Of a stretch of 39,565 nucleotides of DNA, positions 25,962-36,156 are shown in pieces (positions within the stretch are counted from its first letter, which is position 1; each line of letters starts with the position of its first letter). The notes below the pieces were generated by a model, which saw only the letters and a program-made list of their open reading frames with translations, did no database searches and was not told where the DNA came from. Source of the stretch: Circinaria calcarea (Eukaryota); assembly GCA_051942165.1 (NCBI GenBank), contig JAVECS010000025.1, forward strand, positions 1 through 39,565, in the 5' to 3' direction. Both the position numbers and the translations under genes were made by a program.

Positions 25962-27713
25962 ATGTTGGCACGTTTCGGCTGTGTAGTGGCTGCTGCCTTT
26001 ACTCTGGTAGGCGTGACTGGTGGGTTCTTGACTTCCAGAAACGCCAGTGGAGTGGCCGGCTGTATCGGATTGGCCAGTATGTTTCCTCAGAAGCTATTCT
26101 GGCCCAACACGACCACATATATCAACGAGTCAACCCGTACGTATCCTTCTTTCTCATTCATGTCACCCTCGCTGCAGAATCTCGTTTTGTTCTTGGCCTA
26201 CCCTCATTAGCGGGTTTGAGGCATGCCTTGTGCTAATTTTTGTTTCTATTTCAGGTCTTTGGTCTGAGACTTGCCTACTCTCCCCGAACTGTGTTTTCAC
26301 ACCCAGTGATGCGGATGATATAGCAAAAGCCCTGAAAGTCATTCGCGAAACCAACTCCCCGTTTGCAGTCCGAAGTGGTGGCCATATGCCCGTCCCTGGT
26401 GCCGCGTCAACAGATAATGGTATTATGATCGCCATGACGAATATAAATACCAGAAACCTGATACACAATCAGTCCATCGCCCAGCTTGGTCCGGGTCAGA
26501 TCTGGCAAGACGTATATGATTGGATCTCAGCCTATGATCTTGGCGTCGCCGGTGGAAGATATGGTCAAGTTGGTGTCGGCGGCCTTTTAACAGGCGGAGG
26601 AATAAATTACTTCGGTAATCGGTTTGGCTGGTCTTTCAACAGCATCGTCCAGTACGAGGTTGTCGTAGCGGATAGCTCGATCCTTCAAGTCAACGCCAGC
26701 TCGCATCCCGATCTTTTTTGGGCATTGAAGGGGGGATCCAATAATTTTGGCATTGTGACACGTTTTGATATGAAGACTTTCCCGGTTACCACCGCATATG
26801 TAGGAGGAATAGTCTGGATCCCCGATGCGCTGCCTGCATTTCTGGAAGCTGTAGGCAATTTTGTTCAACCGGGCGGAGGGTCGGAAGATCCTCTGGTAGC
26901 AATCAACCCTGCTATTGCACTTACACCAGCCAATGGAACCGTGGAGCCGACGAATATTGTATTTTATCAAGGAAATGAAACTGCGCCGGCAACACTGGCA
27001 AACTTTTCCGTTATTCCAGGAACACTTTTCAATGATACTGGAGTTAGACCTAGCTGGATTTCATTGCCGGCGGAGCTGAACCAGCCGGCATTTGCCGCTA
27101 GAACCTCAAGGTAATCGTTCAAAATACTCCAAAACTGAGTCTTCGACTTCTGATATATCTACTTCTCTTCTAGGCAGCTTTTCTGGTCCGTTGGTATTAA
27201 ACCGACGCAAGCGGCGATAAATCTTGCAAATGTTACAATCGTCGGCGGCGCTCTCTCACAGCTGCAGCATATACCCGACCTAACACTTACATTAGCCTAT
27301 CAACCAATTACCAAAGCGTGGCTAGCAGCAGCACGGGCATCTGGGGGTGATGCGATTGATCTTGATCCTGCAGATGGGGGATTTATATGTTCGTTCTATT
27401 CCACGCCCTTATATTTTTTTTCCACGCTGATAAGCCAGCGATTTTAATATCTGCCACATGGTCTCACGCAACCGATGACGCCGATATCAACGGTTTTATG
27501 CGAAGTGCGACCTCGACGCTGATACAGCAAGCCAAGGCAGCAAACCTATATTACCCGTTCATTACCCTAAACGATGCAGGCAGAGGCCAGGATCCTTATC
27601 CGCTGTATGGCAAGGGAAAGAGTCTTCCACGGTTGAGAAAAATTCAAAAGATGTACGATCCTAACAGGGTTTTTCAGGACCTCGAGGCAAGCGGCTTTAA
27701 ATTAAAAGCGTGA
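25962..27713 (+). CDS. FAD-dependent oxidoreductase (berberine-bridge/VAO family) with N-terminal signal peptide
   Basis: MLARFGCVVAAAFTLVGVTGG signal; PNCVFTP, FAVRSGGH (covalent-FAD His), VGVGGLLTGGG, DLFWALKGGSNNFGIVTRF, C-terminal YDPNRVF...GFKL; three introns. Confidence 0.92.
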
Positions 27714-28352
27714 AACCAACTTTCATTGTGTATTCCGAAAGTTAATCTGTTTTCAAACATGGAAAATTGCAATTTTGTACCCCGAGAATTTAATATTTAT
27801 ATTTTCACACCTTACGTTGCAATTTCATACCCCATTCTTTTATTATTAATGGTTGATCTTCTGTTAGTGGAAGGTGGCTATCATTCGAAAACCGGTATTT
27901 CCAAAATGGCCAACAATAGACACTTGCCGTTGGAGCTCATAAAGAGGGTGGCGGGAAAACAGCGTTAATTAGGTGCGCATTTTGTTCTCTATCTCAGCGA
28001 TTCCCATTTCTTTTTTCCACACGTATTACACACTACATATATAGCACATATAGAAGCTTTACAGTATTTCATAGCAGTATTCTATGGCATTTACCCATAC
28101 ATATATTCCGGTCACACCGTGCAGCCCATTGAGGACTTAGTACCTCCCTGTAATGCTTCTCCTTTTTGTTATGTGATCGAGATTGTTGGGAGTCATAAGG
28201 CTTACCGAGTTATGTGTTGCTTTCGGGTGATATATGGTCCATGCTCTACACTCTTCACACTCCATAGAAGCACCTTTTCGTAGTATAGATAGATAGGGAA
28301 TACACTTAGGTAGCAATGCCACCATGCAAATTGCTGCTCAACAGAGATCAGC

Positions 28353-30301
28353 TTAAGGGACTCGCTCATGAAACCGGACCATTAATGCGGGTTTAGCCCA
28401 CATAATCCAGACTGCGCTTGAACCCAGCCAATCGAGCCCTTTATCGACAAGCTCCATGTCGTATCTCCATACTAGTTTCGCTAGAGTTAGATTGATTTCC
28501 ATGATGGCGAAGCTGCGCGGCAGATTAGTCTCTAAAGGCTTGATGTATTAGTCGAAAACATGTGTGGTGAAAACGTACTTGCGTCCGAGACAGCCTCGGG
28601 ATCCCAAGGAGAAAGGCTGACTTGCTTCCTTAATGTCGGTACAGTCGGTTTCCAGCCAGCGTTCTGGCTTAAACTTCATAGGATCATGAAAGTTACGCAT
28701 GTCGTGCGTAACAGACCACGCGCTTGTATATATTTCTGTCTGTATGAGGAGGAATGGATCAGTGACCCAATCATAAAGCTATCTCTGTGATAAATTCAAC
28801 AACATACATCTTTGGGTACCCAGTATCCATCTACAAAAATACCAGGAGATATTCTAGGGAAGCCTTGAGAGCCTGGTGGGTAAATTCGTAAACCTTCCTC
28901 AATAACAGCTTGAAGATACGGCAACTGTTGTGCTGCTGTAGCGTTGATAGACTCGTAACTTGGGAAACAGCTGCGCACTTCTGCTCGTAATTTATCATAA
29001 CATGCATCTTCCTGCAGCAGGTAAAAGGTGGTTGCGGCGAGAAAAGTAGCAACAGTCTCACCTCCCGCAATGCTGGTCCTGATCAGCGCTCGCCTCTAGA
29101 TGTATATCAGGGTGTTTTAAACATACACAAGTGTTGATACGTGAGCGGTCATCTCTTCTTTTGCAACTTCTCCACTTTCCACCTTGCTCACAAGGGTGGA
29201 TAGGAAGTCTTTCCGCGTTGACTTACTATCCAATCGGCTGTACAAGCAATATCAGCTTCTGATGAGCATTCAAGCGTACAAAGTAGCTTCCTACCGTGCT
29301 ACTTTCTCTCTACTGTACATTGAATTTTGATTTCGCACCGCAACCGTAGATGGGAACAAGGCCTTGGTGATACTTGATATCAACGGAAAACGACGTAAAT
29401 TATCGGCGACGGTAATGTAGAACAGATGGCTAAGAATTAGTTCCTGCCAGAAATGTGGTTTCCCTAAGAACCAATGTTAAATTCCGTGCACAAGAAAATC
29501 TGACTTCAATACGGAGCTCACCGTTCTCGATACAATGGAATGATTCTCCAAATGCCATATCACCCAGGACATCGAAAGCGTTCATTTCGTACCATTTTGA
29601 CATATTCAATCCGTCTGAGCCAGGGCCACCATCTTGCCCTACTTTGAGAACAAAAGCATCTATGTTCCGTGCAACAATACTCTCTTGCTCAGAGAGTGCC
29701 TTGGTTGAGAAAGCCGAAGATAAAGATTTCCGCATCTGATTATGTTTCAGGGGATTCCGCTCTGATCCAACACACAAAGATTCAAAGCCAGCCCCGTACA
29801 TATCATAAAACTCGCTTTTGATGACCGCCCCCTTATCTGCCGGTCGATGCCCATAAATCGCTTTCCAAGAGGCAACAGAAGCAAAAGACAATTCGTTGGG
29901 CGAAACACGAAAGACAGGTCCTAGGGATGAAGTCAACTTAGCGTAGCAAAAGCTGCTGGTGTACCTGCATACCATATATCTGGTGTTCTCGATCTATGGC
30001 CAGATGGATACGCCCACTCATCGAGTGCAAAAGCCTCCATAGCTATTTCTAGCGATAAGATTTCCCATTGATCATACTACCATTGTGACGCCATGACTCA
30101 CCAGGCTGCAGCGTGCAAGAATTGGCCCTGGATAACCTGCAAGGGGGTGAAAGTAGACATTATATATCATCGATGTTGCTATCCACAAAAGAGCCTAGAA
30201 TTAAAAGATAAGAATTAGCTCTTTTTAAATGCCCTAGATATAAATAGTGAACCGGTCTTACAAACCATTGTCATAATTCCTCCTATAAGTGAATACATCA
30301 T
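28353..30301 (-). CDS. Cytochrome P450 monooxygenase (P450-4; CYP65/Tri11-like), many introns, start codon uncertain
   Basis: YNVYFHPLAGYPGP, GPVFRVSPNELSF, GDMAFGESF, AHVSTLV|IAGGET, EGLR, PERW, heme motif QPFSLGSRGCLG; ends VRFHERVP* at 28353. Confidence 0.88.
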
Positions 30302-30457
30302 TATTCTATTTACCCTCTACTTATCCTCCTTTAAAGTAGTGACCAAGGCTATGTTCGGACTCAGATCGAGTTTTTCTAGTTATATTAATTTCCGCTGGGC
30401 TTAAATAATTAAAAGGCTGAAACAATCTCATGTTCTAATTCTAGTATTGATACCGGC

Positions 30458-30516
30458 CGGAGAGTCACCGTGCTCAGCATAGTATGTCGGACCGCTACCG
30501 ATTGCGGCAACGTCCG
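30458..30516. promoter_or_regulatory. Candidate Zn2Cys6 binding sites (three CGG-N6/7-CCG) in the divergent P450-4/HMGS promoter
   Basis: CGG-N7-CCG at 30458 and 30488, CGG-N6-CCG at 30505; similar pairs at 24058/24091 and 35639/35665. Confidence 0.4.
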
Positions 30517-31175
30517 AAAATAGTTATGGCCGGTACACCTGACTTCTGTTTAGCATCTTTCCCAGGCCTAGGAGAATGGCAATAAAAAGACGGAACCAAT
30601 CAGTATGTTTTGATCCCGATTATCTACCTTAGTTTAGCTATATATTTTTATTCCAAATCAGGAAGTCTTAGGACACTATGCAGGGTTTACCAAATCGCAC
30701 GGCATCCCACCATATCAGGATGGGAAATGGAAACGTGAGTGCATTACCATTACTAGAGGAGTACAATCTGCAAATGGAGATACTATCTCTTTTGTCCCAG
30801 GTCCCTCTTCCTTACAGATACGGTTGATATTGTTAAGCCGGGCTCGGGAAAATGCTTCTCACGTGATAGCCTTTTCACATCAAACTCACCATCAAGCTGT
30901 GGGGCGGAAAATACCGGGAAAGGTTATGGTGACACTGTCAAGAGAGATTGACCTTAGGCTTCCAAATTTGGCAACGCGTGCTCCGAGCCGTAACCAAGCA
31001 TAGCGGTTGGGAAAGGCACTACTGCGTCCTCGCGAGCGAGCCAGAGAACTCAAAGAGCTGGATATATACTTTGGCCTCATCGATTCTTCTTCCATAAGTT
31101 TGGTCATTCTGTTGGAGCTGACTCGTGTGAATTCTTCAAGTCCAAGGCTTAGGGTTGCCTGCCAGAGAGGAAACG

Positions 31176-32821
31176 ATGCTGTCAAGACCGAGAGATGTAG
31201 GCATCAAGGCAATTGAAATTTACTTTCCAAGTCAGGTATGCTGAGATCAAGGTTGGATTCTATCCTTCGTGATGATGGCCAACAATTGAGACTGCAACAG
31301 TGTGTCGATCAGACCGAGCTTGAGAGATTCGATGGCGTTAGCCAAGGCAGATACACAATTGGTCTGGGCCAGACGAAGATGAGCTTCTGCGATGATCGCG
31401 AGGGTGCGTTGCAAACAGCTCTAGCCAGAGCTGGCAATCATGACTTATGAAATGACAGATATCTATTCAATGGCGCTAACAACTGTCTCGTCCCTTCTTC
31501 GAAAGTATCGGATACATCCCGAAAGCGTTGGACGGCTTGAAGTGGGAACAGAAACCCTCCTTGACAAATCGAAATCTTGCAAGACAGTCTTGATGCAGCT
31601 TTTTGGGAGTAACACGAACATTGAGGGTGTCGATACCGTCAATGCTTGCTACGGAGGCACCAACGCTGTCTTCAATTCAATCAACTGGATTGAATCGTCT
31701 GCCTGGGATGGCCGAGATGCTGTTGTTTGTGCTGGAGATATTGCCCTGTACCAAAAGGGGAATGCTCGACCCACCGGTGGAGCTGGTTGTGTTGCTATGC
31801 TTATTGGACCCGATGCTCCTTTGGTCTTCGAACCTGGGATGCGAGGGACTTATATGAAGCACGTCTATGACTTTTACAAGGCCGATCTGACCTCAGAGTA
31901 CCCCTTTGTTGACGGTCAATTTTCTCTCAAGTGCTATACGGAGGCAGTGGATGCCTGCTACAAGGCGTATCATGATAGGAGGACTTCCCTCGAGCAAGGG
32001 CACCTACCAGTGCCCGAAGACGGGCATGCGATGATGAACGACCACGGCATTTCTAAGGATCATAGCGATTTGAACGGGGATGGAAATGCTGATGGAACTA
32101 GTAACATAAATAATGATATGAGATCTAGCAAGAAGCTGCTGTTGGATCACTTCGATTATTTGGCCTTTCATACGCCAACCTGCAAGCTCGTCTCAAAGTC
32201 CTATGCGCGGATGCTGTACAACGATTACATCGCCTCTCCGACACATCCGCTCTTCGACTGCCTCCCAGCTGAGCTCCGAGCTATGGACTACGAGAGATGC
32301 CTCGGCGACAAGAAGGTAGAAAACGCGTTCCTGGCTCTTAGTAAAGAGATGTTCGACGCCAGAGTCCAACCCTCACTTCAGGTCCCGAAAATGTGCGGGA
32401 ACATGTACTGTGCTAGTGTCTACGGGTCTCTGATCAGCCTGTTGAGCAATATACAGAGCGAGCAACTGCGCGGCAAGAGGATAGGTATCTTCAGCTACGG
32501 AAGTGGCTTAGCTAGCTCACTGTTCAGCTTGATCGTTAAGGGAGATGTCGGCACTATTGCGCACAAAGTCGACCTTCATGCAAGGCTCGAGGCCAGAAGG
32601 ACTGTGCGACCGGAGATATATGAGGAAGTAAGTCCCTCGCCTGCCGAAACATGTATGATGATAGTGTTGACCCGAGCTCCCAGATGTGTCTGTTGAGAGA
32701 AAAAGCTCACTTACAGAAGAACTCCAAACCAAAGGGAAATCAAGAGACACTTGCCAAAGGTACTTACTACCTTGTCGAAGTAGACGAGGTTTTTAGACGC
32801 AAGTACGAGGTTAAGGCATAA
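31176..32821 (+). CDS. ERG13: Hydroxymethylglutaryl-CoA synthase (ERG13-like), cluster-embedded copy
   Basis: [20 protein letters not shown]|, YTIGLGQ, catalytic Glu in EVGTET, Cys in NACYGGT, His in FHTPTCK, GNMYCAS, FSYGSG, ending RRKYEVKA*; three GT-AG introns. Confidence 0.95.
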
Positions 32822-33482
32822 ATAGTCTCACATCTTTATATAATATTGTTCTTTGCTATTGTAGAGGCGAAAGCAAAGCATAAACGGTGGACAATTTGGC
32901 CATTAAAGCAAATACTTTTCCCTGCATTGTCTAGAATATCTAAATAAGGACAACAAGTGAATATGAATTCGAATTCTCAACCGGTCACGAGAGCTACAGC
33001 GGAAACATTGCAAGCTGAAACAGAGAGGGTGTTGAAATGCCTTTTGGTCACGTTGTGCCTAAGTATTGAAAGGTGAATTTGTATGGGCTGAAGCTATCAA
33101 ATTACTATGGGATTATAGTGGTATTTATGATAGTCATGACCATGCAGCTTGCCCACTTGATACGGAGCAGCAAACGAGAGAACAAAGGTTTCAAGAATAC
33201 CTGCGGGAATTCTCTGCATAGAATGCGCCGATGCTCGGAGCTTCTGCATGCAAGCAGCGCTTTCCACCAAATTCTAACAAAAAGCTCTAGTTAGTAATCC
33301 TCTCTCGCGTAGGGCTTTCCCATCCCAGTTTAAACATGTGTTGAAAGGGTGATCTGGTGGTCGAGGCCCGATCCGGAAAACGAAATGGGAATAGAAATTG
33401 GGAGGGGGAATATACATCAACACCGAGTGCTCTTCTGGTATATACCGAGAAGGACCTGAGCTATTGAAGGTCGGTGGGTACC

Positions 33483-35388
33483 CTACTCGACACCAAGTCC
33501 CAATTCTCTCACCCGTGAAACCCGTACTCTTAGCTCCGGTTTCTGCCACAGTGTCGTCATCCTTGAATCGCGCTGCCAATCCAAGTCTTGATTCAATAAG
33601 ATCATATCGTACGTGAAGTACAGCTTTGCCAGGATAGTGGTCAGTTCAATCCAAGCCAGACTACAATTAAGCGCTAAGTTAGTACAGGGGCTGAAAGGGA
33701 AAATAATCCTGCTGCGCAAGGTACAAAGAGAGGAATGAGGAAAGGGTCGAACCTGCGCCCAAGACACCCTCGTGGTCCAAGCGAGAATGGCTGCGTGGCT
33801 TCCAACTGGTCTGTCTTGTTTACTCCTAACCACCGCTCGGGACGAAAAGATAGTGGAGCTTCAAAGTGCTTGGAGGAGAGGCTCGCAGCTACCGGATTTG
33901 TAGAAACGATCGTCTATTGAAACGGTTGAGCATTGGTAGCTTTTCGACTTGGGTGGCCCGCAAATAACATACTCCAGCAGGTAGATAGTAACCATCCACG
34001 GTGTCTCCCCCGTCAGGTACGACACGGGGGAGTGCAAATGGCAAAGGCGCATACAATCGCATTCCTTCGAGGGCCACGGCATGGAGGTATTTCAATTTCG
34101 CCGCGGCAGTCGCGTCGATTTCCTCATACTTGTTGAAAGCCGAGCGGATTTCATCTTGTACCCTCTGCAAAATTGGGGGGTTTCGCAGGAGGTAGTAAGT
34201 TATACAGCTAAGGGCGGTTGCGGTCGTTTCACTGCCCGCCGTACTTTGTATTGATCAGTCATGCTTTGCATCTGGTCTTACCGATACAGGATAACTCACA
34301 CGAAATCTGAGGCGTGAGCAGCTAGCTGAACGTCGCTTATATTATTGGTGTCTCGATCGTCCAAAATGCGGGTGAGAAAATCCGGCCGATCACTAGGGTG
34401 TTGAATTCTTCTAATAGTGAAAGTGAGCTATTTCTCTATCTATATTCCATTTATGGCCTCAAGTGCAACCTTTGAATTAAATCCAATGTATGACGTTCAT
34501 GGATCTTCGTATCCCGAATAAGGTTTTCAATGGTTCTCGGCATTATAGCTTTGAAAAGCTTTGCAATGATAGGAAACCTATTGAAGGTATCTGCCAGTGC
34601 ACCCTGCCTTAAAGCCTTGGTTACAAGAGCGATCCAGAAATGCACTTTGCCTAATATATGCGAGTTAGTACGCTGCTTGTACCCATAATCAGAAATGATC
34701 AGAGTATAGGTTAAACGAACCAGACTTGACACCACCAAACGACCGTCCAAACGCCAAACTACCGATAATGTCAAATGTAGTAAGGTTGAACCACATTACA
34801 ATATTAGCACCCTGTTCCCCTGAAGCGTACACGCCCAATTGGGCGATGAACTCGTCGACAACCTTATTCACCAGACCCTCTTGGTCTTTCAACGACCGAT
34901 CTGAAAACGCGTGTGAAAGGTACTTCCGCATCTTACCATGTACAGCCGGATTCCGTTCGCTGACGATTGAATAAGCTTGGTCTGCAAAGCTCCCGCCGTC
35001 ATAGAAATCGCTTTTGATGAAGGGGCTATGCCCCGGCCGGAAGCCGTAGATATCTTTCCATGAACCAATAGAGTTGAACGAGAGCTCGTTGGGAGCTGTG
35101 CGGACTACGGGTCCATACTTCTCATGTAGCTGGAGGATCTTATACGGTTGGCGACCGCCGAGAAACCAGTATGAGTGGAGTAAATTACTCCAGGCGGCGA
35201 GGAAGGGGCCGGGAAATCGGTACAAGGGGTGATTGATATGTCTCCAGAGAGTTGCTCCTAGGGTAGCAAGCAGGATCTGCGATTGATTTAATTGGATAAA
35301 CGTGACAATCGATCAATACCCAGAGCCTTACGGACACGGCAACAATCAGCGATCCAGTGTGTAGTCCGAGATACGAGGAAACCTCCAT
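33483..35388 (-). CDS. Cytochrome P450 monooxygenase (P450-5; CYP65/VerB-like)
   Basis: HPLYRFPGP, YGPVVRTAPNELSF, FDIIGSLAFG, AHASDFV|TAGSETT, EGMR, PERW, heme motif QPFSLGPRGCLG; multiple introns. Confidence 0.9.
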
Positions 35389-36156
35389 CTTCCTTTCTTT
35401 CCAAACAATATATTCGACACTTTCAGACAGGTCCTTGATGGTTTAAACCAGACGATCAGGGGCGAACAGGTCAGGTATAGGTAGCACCGTGTAATTTCTT
35501 GAAGAGTTGATGGCAAAAGTGAAAGCCAATTAAAAGAAACAGAATGACTACTCACTCGTACGGAAGAATCAGCTTAAACAACCAACGGTTGCTCGAAATG
35601 TTTCTGCGCTGTACATTCCGCAGTCGAGCTTGGAGTATCGGAGGTATACCGGCTCATCCCAATTCGGTAGTGCCCGAATCGCTCAGCGTATGCAACCTTG
35701 AGATGCAAGACCTCTGACTTCTTCTCTGCATGAAATACACTGCCTTAATACTTGCCTGTTCCTAATGCTCATTGCAATATTTACCTTCTGGTTATGGCGA
35801 TGGTGAAGCATAGGAAAGCATGCTGGTCTTCGCCTACCCAGCGGAAACTATTCTAGTGGCAATAAGACAGGGCGGATTTTCTGTCAAATTCTAAACAACT
35901 GCAGATGTCAACGCTATTGCCTCCCTGTGAAATTCGATATAATGCCCTGCTATCACAGCTACTGGCATAGTTAGCTTTCTCATCAGATGGCGTTATAGTA
36001 ACTACTTTCGAAGGTCTTCTGAACTCAAGTATGAAGGCAATCCGCTCATCGGCCCATATAGGTAGATCATGGACGATGCTAGCCTATTTACGTCAAATAT
36101 CCAAACGGTCTAATACCTTACAAAAGGAGATGAGCGCCACAATAGTTGATAAGCAG

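Noticed and set aside
31176..32821. HMGS as a polyketide beta-branching cassette enzyme
   Set aside because: The sequence is of the eukaryotic ERG13 type, and no free ACP, KS0 or enoyl-CoA hydratase partner genes are present.
33274..33579. Protein-like ORF overlapping the P450-5 3' end (…HPFNTCLNWDGK…)
   Set aside because: Non-ATG start, overlaps the P450 in another frame, and no family recognised; cannot be supported as a gene or relic.
568..35388. Fragmented ORFs for the PKS and P450s suggesting pseudogenes
   Set aside because: The breaks I traced coincide with GT-AG introns that restore the frame and all catalytic motifs.
12342..35388. Assigning PR-toxin prx gene symbols to the SDRs, oxidase and P450s
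   Set aside because: The family-level similarity is plausible, but orthology cannot be established without alignment.
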